Shown one piece after another: positions 1 through 11,403 of a stretch of 64,000 nt of DNA (position 1 is the first letter of the stretch; each line of letters begins with the position of its first letter). Source of the DNA: Methanotrichaceae archaeon (lineage in GTDB: Archaea; Halobacteriota; Methanosarcinia; Methanotrichales; Methanotrichaceae); contig CAWEXU010000009.1 of assembly GCA_963813075.1 (NCBI GenBank), positions 15,432 to 79,431 of the forward strand, given 5' to 3'. Both the position numbers and the translations under genes were made by a program. The notes below the pieces were generated by a model. It worked only from the letters and a program-made list of their open reading frames with translations. It had not been told where the DNA came from and made no database searches.

Positions 1-229
1 ATTAACGCTCATAAAACATGTGGTAGAATTTACAGCTTCCGAAACGCGGCTCAAAGGCCGCGCTTCTGAAACTGCTCCTCCCTCCTGTGATGTAGTTCTT
101 TGGTTTTTTTGATAATCGTTTATCTCGAGGCCATAGATCATGGCACTGCGTCCGAACGCGAGGCATCCCGCGCCCGTCCGCAACATGCTACAACCTGCCA
201 TGATATAAAGCTTACTTCTGCTTTTGCCT

Positions 230-1225
230 CTACTCCTTCTTCAGCCAGGGCATCATGGCCCGCAGCTGGGCACCAACCTCTTCGATGGGGTGCTCGGCCT
301 CCATCTTCTCCAGGGACTTTTTGACTGGAAGGCCGGCCTGGCTCTCCAGGATCCACTCCCGGGCGAACTCCCCTGACTGGATCTCCGCCAGGATATCCAT
401 CATCTCCTCACGGGACTGATCATTGATGATCCTGTGGCCCCGGGTCATGCCTCCGTACTCAGCGGTATTGGAGACGTTATTCCACATGCGCATGAACCCG
501 CCCTCGTAGATCAGGTCCACAATCAGCTTCAGCTCGTGACACGCCTCGAAGTAGGCGATCTCAGGCTGGTATCCTGCATCGACAAGCGTCTCAAAAGCCG
601 CCTTGATCATCTCCGTCACGCCGCCGCATAGATCCACCTGCTCCCCGAAGAGATCGGTCTCCGTCTCCTCAGTGAATGTGGTCTCGATGACCCCGGCTCG
701 GGTGCCGCCGATGCCCTTGGCATAGGCCAGAGCCTTCTTCAGCGCCGCCCCAGAGGGGTCCTGCTCCACTGCCACCAGACAGGGAACTCCCTTGCCCTCC
801 TGGTAGGTCCTGCGCACCAGGTCGCCGGGACCCTTGGGCGCAACCATGACCACATCGACGTTCTCAGGCGGCACGATCTGGAAGTAGCGGATGTTAAAGC
901 CGTGGCTGAATCCAAGGACGTTGCCCTCCTCCAGGTTTGGAGCGATCTCTTCCCGGTAGATCTTGCCCTGATACTCATCCGGCAGGAGGATCTGAATGTA
1001 GTCCGCCGCTCGCGCTGCATCGGCAACGCTCATGGCCTTCACTCCGTCCGCCTCCGCCCTCTTCCAGGCTCTGGATCCGGGAATATCGGCCGCGATAACG
1101 TTAAGGCCGGAGTCCTTCAGGTTCTCTCCCTGGGCGTGCCCCTGATTTCCCCATCCCACTATGGCGATGGTCTTGTCCGATAATGCCTTTAAGTCTGCAT
1201 CCTGATCATGGTATATTTTCACCAA
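230..1225 (-). CDS. ilvC: Ketol-acid reductoisomerase
   Basis: [13 protein letters not shown]-binding motif, [10 protein letters not shown] and SNTAEYG motifs; last gene of the ilv operon. Confidence 0.97.
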   Translation of the reverse strand: MVKIYHDQDADLKALSDKTIAIVGWGNQGHAQGENLKDSGLNVIAADIPGSRAWKRAEADGVKAMSVADAARAADYIQILLPDEYQGKIYREEIAPNLEEGNVLGFSHGFNIRYFQIVPPENVDVVMVAPKGPGDLVRRTYQEGKGVPCLVAVEQDPSGAALKKALAYAKGIGGTRAGVIETTFTEETETDLFGEQVDLCGGVTEMIKAAFETLVDAGYQPEIAYFEACHELKLIVDLIYEGGFMRMWNNVSNTAEYGGMTRGHRIINDQSREEMMDILAEIQSGEFAREWILESQAGLPVKKSLEKMEAEHPIEEVGAQLRAMMPWLKKE

Positions 1226-1251
1226 ATTTTATTCCTCCTAAAACAAAAAAA

Positions 1252-1743
1252 TTAAGCTTTGATTACCCTCGTGCCTCTCACCATCGAGACCTTTCCGGTC
1301 CTTGCCAGCTCCTTTATGCCGAACTGGCGAAGAAGCTGAATTATGGCCTCGACCTTCTCCTCGTCCCCTGTGACCTCGATGATCATGGACCTCTGGGAGA
1401 CATCGATGATCTTGGCCCGGAAGATGTTCACGATCTGCATGACCTCGCTTCTGCTCTCCCGGTCGACGCTCACCTTGATGATGGCCAGTTCCCTTTCCAG
1501 GGATTCGGCCGGGTCCAGCTCGCTCACCCGGATGACATTGATCAGCTTGGAAAGCTGCTTTATCACCTGCTCCAGGACATCCCTGTCCCCCTCAACGGAG
1601 ATGGTCATGCGAGAGTAGTCGGGATTGTCAGTCGCTCCCACCGAGAGGCTATCGATATTGAAAGACCGGCGGCTGAAGAGGCCGGCGATGCGCGTCAACA
1701 CCCCGGACTTATTCTCCACAATGACAGCGATGATATGCTTCAT
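1252..1743 (-). CDS. ilvN: Acetolactate synthase small (ACT) subunit
   Basis: ENKSGVLTRIAGLFSRRSFNIDSL, ELARTG. Confidence 0.96.
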   Translation of the reverse strand: MKHIIAVIVENKSGVLTRIAGLFSRRSFNIDSLSVGATDNPDYSRMTISVEGDRDVLEQVIKQLSKLINVIRVSELDPAESLERELAIIKVSVDRESRSEVMQIVNIFRAKIIDVSQRSMIIEVTGDEEKVEAIIQLLRQFGIKELARTGKVSMVRGTRVIKA

Positions 1744-3543
1744 CTAGTAGCCCTCCTCGCCTAAAACCCCTCGTCTCTCCTCGGCATAAATCTTCTCCAG
1801 GTGACAGCACTGAGCCTCATCACACCACTCCAGCTCCAGTATCTCGCTCAACGTGGCTCCCGCCGGGACCATGGGTGATACCCTCTCTGCCGGATTGACG
1901 ATGAAATCCATCACGCAGGGCCGATCTGTTGCCAGAGCGCTGCGAATCACATCCTCGACCTCCGAGGGCTTTGTGGCCCTCAGGCCCACCGCTCCATAGG
2001 CCTCGGCCAGCTTTACGAAATCCGGACTGGTCCGGCCGAGAATGGTGGCCGAGTACCTCTTATCAAAGAACAGCTCCTGCCACTGGCGCACCATTCCCAG
2101 GCAGCCGTTGTTCAGCACCGCCACCTTGACCGGGATGTCGTTTACCACCGCTGTGGCCAGCTCCTGGCTGTTCATCAGGAAGCTGCCGTCTCCGGCAACA
2201 TCGATGACCGTGCACTCCGGCCGGCCCATCTTGGCACCGATAGCAGCCGGGAAGCCATAGCCCATCGTCCCCAGGCCGCCGGAGGATATGAACTTCTGCG
2301 GATCCTTATGCACAAAGAATTGCGCTGCCCACATCTGGTTCTGTCCGACCTCCGTAGTGATGATGGCATCGGGCGCAAGCCTGCAGAGCGTCTCGATCAC
2401 ATACTGGGGCTTTATCAGGTTCATGTCCGGGATGTAGCGCATGGGATGATCCTTTTTCCAGCCATCGATCTTATCCAGCCAGGGGCCTTTTGGCTTTGGC
2501 GAGACCTCTTTTAGCAATCCCTGCAGGGCATCGCGCGCATCCCCCACCACCGGTATGTCCACCCGCACATTCTTTCCCACCTCCGCCGGATCGACATCGA
2601 TATGAACGATCTTCGCGTGCGGAGCAAAGCTGGAGATCTTGCCCGTCACCCGATCATCAAACCGGGCTCCTATGGCCATTATCAGATCCGACTCCTGAAT
2701 GGCGTAGTTGGCATAGGTTGTGCCGTGCATTCCCAGCATTCCCAATGAAAGCGGATGGTCCTCGGGGAAGCAGCCCACGCCCATGAGGGTGGTGGTCACT
2801 GGAGAATTGACCTTTTTGGCGAGCTCAAAAAGCTCCTTATGAGCAGAGGCGTACCTCACGCCGCCACCGACATAGATGACCGGCCGGTCAGCCTCCATTA
2901 AAGCTTTGGCCGCCTTCTTGATCTGCATCTCATGGGCCTTGAAGGAGGGATGATATCCCGGCAGGTTCACATCCGGCCAGGTGAAGACCAGCTCATCCAC
3001 AGTCACATCTCTGGGCAGATCGATCAGAACCGGACCGGGCCGCCCAGTACGGGCAATGTAGAAGGCCTCCCTGAACACCCCTGGTATCTCCTTTGCGCTG
3101 CGGATCAGATAGTTGTGCTTGGTAATGGGCAGAGTGATACCGGTGATATCCGCCTCCTGGAAGGCGTCCTTTCCTATCAGCCAGGTGTTCACCTGGCCGG
3201 TGATGGCCACCATTGGCACCGAGTCCATGTAGGCGTTGGCAATGCCCGTGACCAGGTTCGTGGCCCCCGGCCCGGAGGTGGCTATGCATACTCCCACTTT
3301 GCCCGTGGCCCTGGCATAACCGTCCGCCATGTGGGCCGCTCCCTGCTCATGGCGCACCAGAATGTGGCGGATGTCCGACTTATAGATGGCATCGTAAAGA
3401 GGTAGCAGTACCCCACCGGGAAGCCCGAATACCACATCTACATCCTCTCTTTTCAGGCTTTCCAGCACCGCCTGGGCACCGGTCATCTTCTGGGGCGTAT
3501 CTCGATTCTTGTCTGAGCCCGTTCGGGCTATGCCTTTCGACAT
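1744..3543 (-). CDS. ilvB: Acetolactate synthase large subunit
   Basis: RHEQGAAHMADGYAR, TSGPGATN, ThDP motif GDGSFLMN...NNG. Confidence 0.96.
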   Translation of the reverse strand: MSKGIARTGSDKNRDTPQKMTGAQAVLESLKREDVDVVFGLPGGVLLPLYDAIYKSDIRHILVRHEQGAAHMADGYARATGKVGVCIATSGPGATNLVTGIANAYMDSVPMVAITGQVNTWLIGKDAFQEADITGITLPITKHNYLIRSAKEIPGVFREAFYIARTGRPGPVLIDLPRDVTVDELVFTWPDVNLPGYHPSFKAHEMQIKKAAKALMEADRPVIYVGGGVRYASAHKELFELAKKVNSPVTTTLMGVGCFPEDHPLSLGMLGMHGTTYANYAIQESDLIMAIGARFDDRVTGKISSFAPHAKIVHIDVDPAEVGKNVRVDIPVVGDARDALQGLLKEVSPKPKGPWLDKIDGWKKDHPMRYIPDMNLIKPQYVIETLCRLAPDAIITTEVGQNQMWAAQFFVHKDPQKFISSGGLGTMGYGFPAAIGAKMGRPECTVIDVAGDGSFLMNSQELATAVVNDIPVKVAVLNNGCLGMVRQWQELFFDKRYSATILGRTSPDFVKLAEAYGAVGLRATKPSEVEDVIRSALATDRPCVMDFIVNPAERVSPMVPAGATLSEILELEWCDEAQCCHLEKIYAEERRGVLGEEGY

Positions 3544-5051
3544 TTAGCTAAGTCCTCCTCTTCCAGCCGCATCAGCCGGTTGATTCCATTAATCACCGCT
3601 TCCACTGATGCCATTATAATATCTGCGCCAGCTCCTCGAGCAGTAATCTTCCGATCTGCCATTGCCATTGTCACCCACACTTCAACCAATGCATTGGTCC
3701 CGCCAGTTACAGCATCTACATGATACTCATCGAGGCGAACATCTGCCACACCTGATATGGCCCTCCTTATGGCATTGATGGCCGCGTCTACCGGCCCCAC
3801 GCCCACTCCCGCTTCCAGCCTTTCGTTGCCGGCCAAGAGGATTTTGACCGAAGCGGTGGGGGTAACGGTATTGCCGGCAACCACGGTGAGCTCTTCCAGC
3901 TTCACCTTCGGTTCCATCTGAATGGAGAGCACGGTGTCCGCTATGCTCTGCAGATCCACGTCCGATACCCGTTTGCCCTTGTCTCCCAGCTCCTTTACCC
4001 TGGCCACTATATCGGTTAGCTGCTGGGGCGTAACCGGCAGGCCGAAATCGCGCATGGCCAGCTCGACTGATGCCCGGCCGGCATGTTTGCCCAGCACTAT
4101 GCGCCTCTTTCTGCCCACGGTCTCCGGATGGATGGGCTCATAGGTCTTGGTGTCGGCCAAGAGCCCGTGCACATGGATTCCCGCCTCATGGGTAAAGGCA
4201 TTCTCGCCCACTATCGCTTTGTTGGGGGAGACCAATAGGCCGGTCATTCGCGAGACCGTCCTTGAGAGCTGGTAGATGTCCTTGCACCTGATCCCGGTAT
4301 TGATCTTATACAGGGACTCCAGGGCCATCACTACCTCCTCCAGGCTGGCGTTCCCCGCCCGTTCCCCAATTCCGTTTACTGTCACATGGGCCTGAGAGGC
4401 TCCGGCGCGAAGGGCAGCAACGGTATTGGCGGTGGCCATGCCAAAGTCGTTATGGCAGTGTATGCTGATGGGTGCACCAAGGCAGGAGAGACGGGAGAAT
4501 ATATCTGCAGTCACCTCAGGAACCAGCACGCCCACAGTATCGCAAAAGGCCAGCCTGTCCGCGCCCGCTTCGATTCCCGCCTTGTAGAGGCCGGCCAGAA
4601 AATCTAGATCTGCGCGACTGGCATCCTCGCCGCTCAGCTCCACGATCAGGCCATGATCTTTGGCATACTCCGTCACATCCACGGCCATGCGCACCACCGC
4701 CTCCCGGTCGGCCTTCAGCTTGATCTGGATGTGAAGGTCGGAGACCGGCACCACCAGATGAACGGAGTCCACCTCGCAGGCTAAAGCGGTATCGATGTCC
4801 GCGGTTAAGGCCCTAACATAGCTGCATATCTCGGCCTTGAGGCCTGATTTTGCAATCGCTTTTATTGCCAGGCGTTCTCCTTCTGAGGTCATTGCTGATC
4901 CGGCTTCAATGACATCCACCCCCAGAGAATCAAGTCCTTGAGCAATGGTGAGCTTCTCGCCCATGCCCAAAGATACGCCTGGAGTCTGTTCACCGTCACG
5001 TAAGGTAGTATCTAGAAATCGTATTCTACCCGATAAATCGATCCCACGCAT
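3528..5051 (-). CDS. cimA: (R)-citramalate synthase (LeuA/CimA family)
   Basis: DTTLRDGEQ, HCHNDFG, GIGERAGN, C-terminal regulatory domain with GPVDA; CimA rather than LeuA is inferred from operon context. Confidence 0.75.
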   Translation of the reverse strand: MRGIDLSGRIRFLDTTLRDGEQTPGVSLGMGEKLTIAQGLDSLGVDVIEAGSAMTSEGERLAIKAIAKSGLKAEICSYVRALTADIDTALACEVDSVHLVVPVSDLHIQIKLKADREAVVRMAVDVTEYAKDHGLIVELSGEDASRADLDFLAGLYKAGIEAGADRLAFCDTVGVLVPEVTADIFSRLSCLGAPISIHCHNDFGMATANTVAALRAGASQAHVTVNGIGERAGNASLEEVVMALESLYKINTGIRCKDIYQLSRTVSRMTGLLVSPNKAIVGENAFTHEAGIHVHGLLADTKTYEPIHPETVGRKRRIVLGKHAGRASVELAMRDFGLPVTPQQLTDIVARVKELGDKGKRVSDVDLQSIADTVLSIQMEPKVKLEELTVVAGNTVTPTASVKILLAGNERLEAGVGVGPVDAAINAIRRAISGVADVRLDEYHVDAVTGGTNALVEVWVTMAMADRKITARGAGADIIMASVEAVINGINRLMRLEEEDLAKCRKA

Positions 5052-5346
5052 TCATGCTCAATCACCCAACGGCTCACAAGCCGTCTCCGGCCATAAGATC
5101 TTTAATGATTGATAAAGCTATCGAGGGGCTTATAGATGCCGATCGGCCTCATAAAAATCTCCAGGAGATAAAATAAAGCCTTAATAAAAATCGCCTGACC
5201 AGAAAAGACCGGAATTTCAAGGGATAATATTGTTATGGCCCATAATAGTAACCATGAGCAACAGACCTTCGTCGAATGACGTCTGAGGGGAAACTTTAAA
5301 ACGTTGAACCCCGAAGCATGTTGAGAATGGTGGAGGATAGAAAAGA

Positions 5347-6591
5347 ATGAAGTTCAAGATGCTGTTTATTTCTGTATTCATGCTCTTTTGCCTTGCAGCG
5401 CAAATTTTTACTGTGATCAATATCGCATCCGCAGATGGATGCGGCGTCAATCCCCTGGGAGATACCTCAGGAGATACTGACTTTTATGTGAGCAAGAACC
5501 AGAATTCTGCGACCTCAGGGGGATCCCCGAGCCCAGATGCATCAACTGAGACAAGAGCAGCTGTGCCCTTGGGTACCTCAGTTGAGCAGAAGAAAGGGAA
5601 TGTGACCATAAATAGCCTGAATCCCGACAGGATCAGCCCGCAAAAGGCTGGATCGACAATCGTCTGGACGGCAAATGCGACAAATCCGGACAATGTTGAG
5701 ATGGTCTATAATTTCTTCCTGAAGGGATCCGCAACAAACGACGAGCTTATTGAGAAGACCGGATGGATCGCTGAAAATCGCTGGACCTGGAATACCTCGG
5801 AGGCCGACATAGGAGAAAATCAGGTCCAGGTATGGGTCAAGCGCCTGGGTGCAGAGGAAGCTGAAAACAGCAAGGTACAGAATTATACCATTTCAGCCGA
5901 AGCCATTTCCGTCGAGAACAATTCTGTTGATAACAATTCCATCGAGAACAATTCCGCCACCACCTCTGAGGAGCAGGTGGCAGATGAAGCTGCCAGCACG
6001 AAAAAATCAACATTGGCCGAGATGAATCCTCATCCAGGAGGGAAGACCGCGAATAGTGTTGTAGGAGAGTCCTCCACCAGCAAGTCGAGCACGACCTCCA
6101 GCGGTATGAACGGTCATCCCGGGGGCAAGACTGCTAATATCGATGTAAGCAAGCCGAGGCTTGCTCCGGATGAGAGAAATAGCGCTGCCGCTGCAGGCGC
6201 CCTGTCCGATGGACCCATCATGAGCACAGAAGATCCTTCAACGGCGACATCGGATATCATGGATGTGGGCGGAAAATGGACCGTTGACCTAATCGGCTCG
6301 GGATGCACTCTGGACGTTACTCTCATTCAGACGGGAGAAAGCATTACTGGACTGGGAAATCTGATCGAAAGGAATATGAGGATCCCTCAGACCGTTAAGG
6401 GCACAGTCACCTCCAACACCCTTGGCCTTAAGTCACAAGCGGTGATAGACGAATTTGGCAACGATATTGACAAGAGCGTGAGCCTTAGTCTGGAGAAGAC
6501 GGACAGGAGCATTTCAGGCAGCTATGAGATGTATTCTGGCGATGAATTGATGGCAAAGGGAAATGCCACTGCCAGCAGATTCAGCAGCTGA
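5347..6591 (+). CDS. Secreted protein with Ig-like domain, S/T-rich linker and C-terminal beta domain
   Basis: GGAGG SD, signal peptide; C-terminal domain shared with the next two genes. Confidence 0.8.
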   Translation: MKFKMLFISVFMLFCLAAQIFTVINIASADGCGVNPLGDTSGDTDFYVSKNQNSATSGGSPSPDASTETRAAVPLGTSVEQKKGNVTINSLNPDRISPQKAGSTIVWTANATNPDNVEMVYNFFLKGSATNDELIEKTGWIAENRWTWNTSEADIGENQVQVWVKRLGAEEAENSKVQNYTISAEAISVENNSVDNNSIENNSATTSEEQVADEAASTKKSTLAEMNPHPGGKTANSVVGESSTSKSSTTSSGMNGHPGGKTANIDVSKPRLAPDERNSAAAAGALSDGPIMSTEDPSTATSDIMDVGGKWTVDLIGSGCTLDVTLIQTGESITGLGNLIERNMRIPQTVKGTVTSNTLGLKSQAVIDEFGNDIDKSVSLSLEKTDRSISGSYEMYSGDELMAKGNATASRFSS

Positions 6592-6671
6592 GGGGCATAT
6601 CCATTCCCCTCTTCACCAGCGGAAGAATCAATTAATTATTATCAATAATAAGGAATAAGGAGCACGAGAAA

Positions 6672-7295
6672 TTGAAGATTCATTCAATTCTATGCCTGGC
6701 CCTGGTAATTGCCCTCCTGGCCAGCCCGGCCTGGGCGGGCTGCGGCAAATGGGTGGTCAGGGAAAATCCAAATTATGATTATCTTTCTGACGCGGACTTC
6801 GATCAGGCAGTGGCATCCTCAACAGGCGCTGCTGCTACCCTCAATTCTGACGGCACAACTAAAGAATCGAGCGAGAAAGATCTGCCACTAGAAAAAGCGC
6901 AAAAAGAAGAAGAAGAAGAAGAAGAACTAAAAGAGAATGCCGTTCCAAAAGAGGACCCCATCCCGGACCTGGGGGGAGAATGGAGGATATTGCTCGATAT
7001 GAAGATAGATGGACAGGATACGCAAGAGATGCTGGATTTGATCCTCATCCAGACAAAAGATCGGCTGCAGGGCTATGGCACCCTTCTTGATGAAGGAGCC
7101 GATCTGCCGGCAACGGCCACCGGTTCCATATCCGATGATTCTGTCAGCCTGATTGTGTCACTGGTCGAGCAGAAGAAGGAATATAAGCTGGATTTAGCCA
7201 TCGCAAAAGACGGGTTAAAAGGCATATATGAACTCTCTATGAACGAAAAGCTGGCCGGGAGCGGCAATGCCACCGCCAGCAGATCCTCTAGCTGA
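6672..7295 (+). CDS. Secreted protein, paralogue of its neighbours
   Basis: Signal peptide ending AWAGCG, poly-Glu linker, DLGGEW...LIQT..LQGYG...GNATASR domain. Confidence 0.8.
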   Translation: MKIHSILCLALVIALLASPAWAGCGKWVVRENPNYDYLSDADFDQAVASSTGAAATLNSDGTTKESSEKDLPLEKAQKEEEEEEELKENAVPKEDPIPDLGGEWRILLDMKIDGQDTQEMLDLILIQTKDRLQGYGTLLDEGADLPATATGSISDDSVSLIVSLVEQKKEYKLDLAIAKDGLKGIYELSMNEKLAGSGNATASRSSS

Positions 7296-7328
7296 GAGGC
7301 TGATTAAGACTAAAAGGAGGACGAGATA

Positions 7329-7986
7329 TTGAAGATGCATCCAATATTATGTCTGGTGCTGGTTATTGCCCTCTTGACCAGCCCGGCCTGGGCAGGTTGC
7401 GGCACATGGATAATCAGGGGCAACACCGAGTATCATTACGACGCGGAGTACGAAAGAGCGGTGTCGACCTCTACCGGACATGCTGCTCCCATCAACGCCA
7501 ATGAGGCATCAAAAGAAGAGGCAGGCAAACCCTCTGATGAGAACACAAACCAAACAGAAGCCGCATCCAATGAAACCGCAAAAGCACCAAAAGAGGAGCC
7601 CTTGCCTGAGCCGGCCATAGAAGAGCCAGTTATAGAAGAAGAGCCGGTCGTAGATCTGAAAGGAGATTGGAAGGTGCTTCTCAATACGGTGATCGACGGG
7701 CAGAATATGCAGGAAGCCCTGGATTTGATCCTCATTCAGACCAACGACAGGCTGCAGGGCTATGGCAATATTCTCCAGAAAGGGGACAGATATCAGAGTA
7801 ACGGCTACGGGCCGCATCAATTCCAATGAGTCCATCAGCCTGAATGTGAAGCAGGCGGAGCAGAATAAGGACTACCGGCTTGACCTGGCCATAATCGAGG
7901 AGAGAATGGAGGGCAGCTACAAGATCTATCAAGACGGGACCCTGGCAGGGAGCGGAAATATCACTGCCAGCAAATCAGGCCTCTAG
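7329..7986 (+). CDS. Secreted protein paralogue, frameshifted near 7780
   Basis: ORFs 7329-7829 and 7762-7986 together align end to end with the 6672-7295 protein. Confidence 0.75.
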
Positions 7987-8040
7987 AAGCAGGGTGATTT
8001 AATCGCATCATCAAATAATCGCATCATATCCATCATATGA

Positions 8041-8520
8041 TCACTTGTGATAGGGCTCATGATGCATTATTCTGAAGCTGCGATATATCTGCTCCAGAAG
8101 GATTACCCGCATCATCTGATGAGGAAAGGTCATCGGTGAGAAGGATAAAAGCAGGTCTGCCCGGTCTATTACCGCTGGCGACAGACCCAGGGGGCCGCCT
8201 ATGATGAAGGCCACCTCCGATTTTCCTTCCAGGATCAATCCCTCCAGCCTTTCCGCCAGCTGTTGCGAGTCCAGAGCATCTCCTTTCCGGTCCAGGACGA
8301 TCACCGGACCGGAATGGCGCTTGAGCTTATCGAGAATTGCTGCCCCTTCCCCCTCCATTGCCCTGATCTCTGCGGCAGGAGATGCGGCCTCCTTCGAGCT
8401 GATGGCCACCTCCACCATCTCCAGGCGGGCATAAGGACGGAGGCGGCGGATGTAGTCGGATGCCGCCTCCTGCCAGAAGCTTTCCCGCAGGCGACCAACG
8501 GCGATTATTCTTAGGATCAT
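8041..8520 (-). CDS. rlmH: 23S rRNA pseudouridine-1915 N3-methyltransferase (SPOUT)
   Basis: FIIGGPLG, TFPHQMMRVILLEQIYR, C-terminal PYHK. Confidence 0.93.
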   Translation of the reverse strand: MILRIIAVGRLRESFWQEAASDYIRRLRPYARLEMVEVAISSKEAASPAAEIRAMEGEGAAILDKLKRHSGPVIVLDRKGDALDSQQLAERLEGLILEGKSEVAFIIGGPLGLSPAVIDRADLLLSFSPMTFPHQMMRVILLEQIYRSFRIMHHEPYHK

Positions 8521-8554
8521 CGGTCTTGACTTCTACCTGATTGCATAAATTCAG

Positions 8555-9695
8555 CTACAGATCCAGCTTATGCCCTTTCTCCAGCTGCTGAATCTGCTCC
8601 TCGCCTTTGGCGGCCAGCTCCCGGAACTGCTCGATGGTCTCCCGCATCTTGGGCAGAGCTTCCTGCTTGTAGCTGTTGATCGAATCCAGCGCCTCCATGA
8701 CATCGGCAAAAGCGGTCTTCAGGTCCTCAGCGGATACATTGGTCTGCATCGACTGTTTCTGGATAGTCCGCCCCCTGTGTCTTCAGCATATGCGAGGTGC
8801 TGGTGATCAGATTATTGGTGGTCTCATTGAGAGTATCAATCTTCTTTAAGACGATCTTCTGGTTGTACAGAGCCCCAGCAACCATCACAGAGGTCCTCAA
8901 AGCGGATATCGTCACCGTCTTGGCCCTTTCTACCCCTCTCATCAGCTCCCGATTGTTTCTGATCACAACCTCGGTCGCCATCACTCCCTGCTGATTGACC
9001 ACGATCATCTGCTGCAGATCCATGATCCTCTGCCGCAATGGAAAGAGGACCTCTTCGCTGACGAATTTGAGCTTTTCCGGGTCCTCGTTCCTGGCCCTGG
9101 CCAGTTCGATCTGCCTCTCGATCGACTCGTCCATCAGAGCGCCCAGCTGGACCTCTTTCATCAGCTTTCGGGTTAAATCGCGCAGTGACTGCTGCTCGAT
9201 CTCCAGGGTGGTGTTGTCGTTTTTCAGGATTGCTCTGCCTCTATCCAGGGATTCGATTATATCCGAAATCGCTGAATCTGCTCTCTGGTATCGGGCAAAA
9301 TAGTCCCGGACGGGATTAAAAAACTTGCCCAGAATGCCGGTTTTGGTGAAATCGATCAGGCTGGGGTCCAGGTCTTTCAGCTCCCGGGTCAGTTCCATCA
9401 GACCCTTCGCCACCACCCCTCCATCATCCCCGTTCTTGGACAGGTCACCCACAGTCACCTGAAGCATGGAATTTTTGGCAGCCGAGCTTTTCATAGACTC
9501 GGCCCCAAAAGACTCTACTGACTTGAGAATGTACCTCTTTTTGGCCAACTCATCGATATCCAGGGTCAGAATCTCGGCCACATTGCTTTCAGCTACCTTC
9601 TGAAGCTCGGCGACCTCTTCAGGCACCGGTTTTGCCTGCTCTATCACCTCGTTCTTGATCGCCCCTTCATCGGGGACCTCCATGGTGAAAGCCAT
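8555..9695 (-). CDS. Toxic anion resistance protein (TelA/KlaA family), frameshifted near 8765
   Basis: ELKDLDP, LRQRIMDL, IRNNRELMRGVERA; C-terminus continues in ORF 8555-8749; GGAGGTG SD. Confidence 0.82.
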
Positions 9696-9731
9696 CTTAA
9701 CACCTCCTATGCTAGCTGAATCCTCGAGCAT

Positions 9732-11379
9732 TTACAGCTCCGCATTAAAGAGATTGGACAGCTTATAGACGACGTCCTCAGTATCGGCGTTAATGCTGGC
9801 ACCCTCATTGATATCGGCGATCTCCTCCAGGGCCTTGATATCTGCATTATAGCCTATTGTGTATATGGGTATTCCAGATTCCTCTACTAATTTCCTGATA
9901 TCATTCAATGAATGACCTCTGTTTGTCTCGCCATCGCTGAGAACGAAGATCTTGGGCTTCAGATTAGGATCAAGCGCCAGCTGTTCTTCGAGCATCTTCA
10001 TGGCCACTGCGATCCCTTCGAAGGTTGCCGTGCCGCCGCCGGCCTGCATATCATCAACCGCTCCCACAAAATAGGACCGTTGGTCAGATCGAACTTGGAA
10101 ATGGGCAGATTTATATAAACATCGTCAGAGTATGATACCAGGCCGATCAGATTGTCCTTGCCAATGTATTTTTGACCTTCAAGCAATGATTTCTTCAGAT
10201 TATTCAGTGGCTCGCCATCCATGCTGCCCGATACATCGGCCACGAAGACTGCACAGATATTGGCATTTTTCTTTGTCTTTCCAGAGCTTTTGGGCCTGGA
10301 TGAGAACATCGCCGCTGACAGGACCAAATTCGGATTGGTATTCATCCAGGCCGTTAAAACCATATTTAGTGGCCAGGTTCTGGTAATTCTCCTGCTGAGA
10401 GAATTTGATGAATTCATCCAGGATTTTCTGTCTTCTCCGGCAGATAGCTTGCCGATCGCATAAATCGGGCTGTCATGTCTGACCCCAAAGGGAATAAATT
10501 CATAGGACCTGATATCAGGCGTATTGACATAAGTCTGATATTCCAGGACAAAAGCATCCAGGACCCCTGATTTGGCCGCTTCTCTCATTTGCAGAGTGGT
10601 ATAAGCGACCACGGGAATATTCTCCTGGAAGCGATCAAATCCCGCTATTGCTTTATTGCTCAATGGGTTGCTGGCATCAAAGGCCTGCAGTGTGGAGATC
10701 AAGAAGTTCAGTCCGGTTGAACTGGCGAAGGGATTGGTGTAACCCATCTGCAGCTCGTTGTTTGCCACGGCATCGATTACTGTCGTGACATTGACCGCCC
10801 CATATTTGGCTTCAAGCTCCGCTTTCTTGGATTTAGTGATCAGAATTCCGGCCACATTTCCTGCCAGTCTTTTTTGCACTAACCTGGCATCTACTCCCCG
10901 GGAGATGAGCATCTCTCCCCAGAGTTCATTGGAGGGAGTATAGGCATCCGGCAAATGCTTTCCGGAAGTGATATAGTCGGCACCCTGGCCGGAAGCGATT
11001 CCTCTGAGCCTTACTGACGCCTGTTTGCCGTCGATCATTATCTTCGCATTATTGAAGTCTCTGGCCACCTCTGTCAGCCAGCCATCAGTACCGCTGCCTG
11101 CTTTTTCCGTTGATGAGAATATCTCGATATAGCTGGATGTGCTGCTATTAACCTGAGGTGGGTATTTGGAGATATCGGGCAGAGATTGTGGCAATGTTAG
11201 GCTCGAAAGATCAACCAGGCCCTTGGTTGGTGGCACTTCAGTCACTTCGATATCTTTGACTATCTCGTCCAGTGATTTTTCTCCACCATCAGTTAATTCC
11301 TAATATAAACCAATATAAATACCGCAACTGCTAATCCCACTATCTTTAAAAGCACATTCTTGTTCTTCTCGTCCAGCAT
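9732..11379 (-). CDS. Membrane-anchored substrate-binding-like + vWA domain protein, with several frameshifts
   Basis: N-terminal TM after MLDEKNK; MIDAS motif DVSGSM, GGGTA, LSDGE; split across ORFs 9998-11245 and 9732-10067. Confidence 0.78.
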
Positions 11380-11403
11380 ACTATGCTCCCTCCCACTGAA
11401 TTA

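Noticed and set aside
8000..8030. taatcgcatcat direct repeat
   Set aside because: Short duplication between convergent genes with no further support
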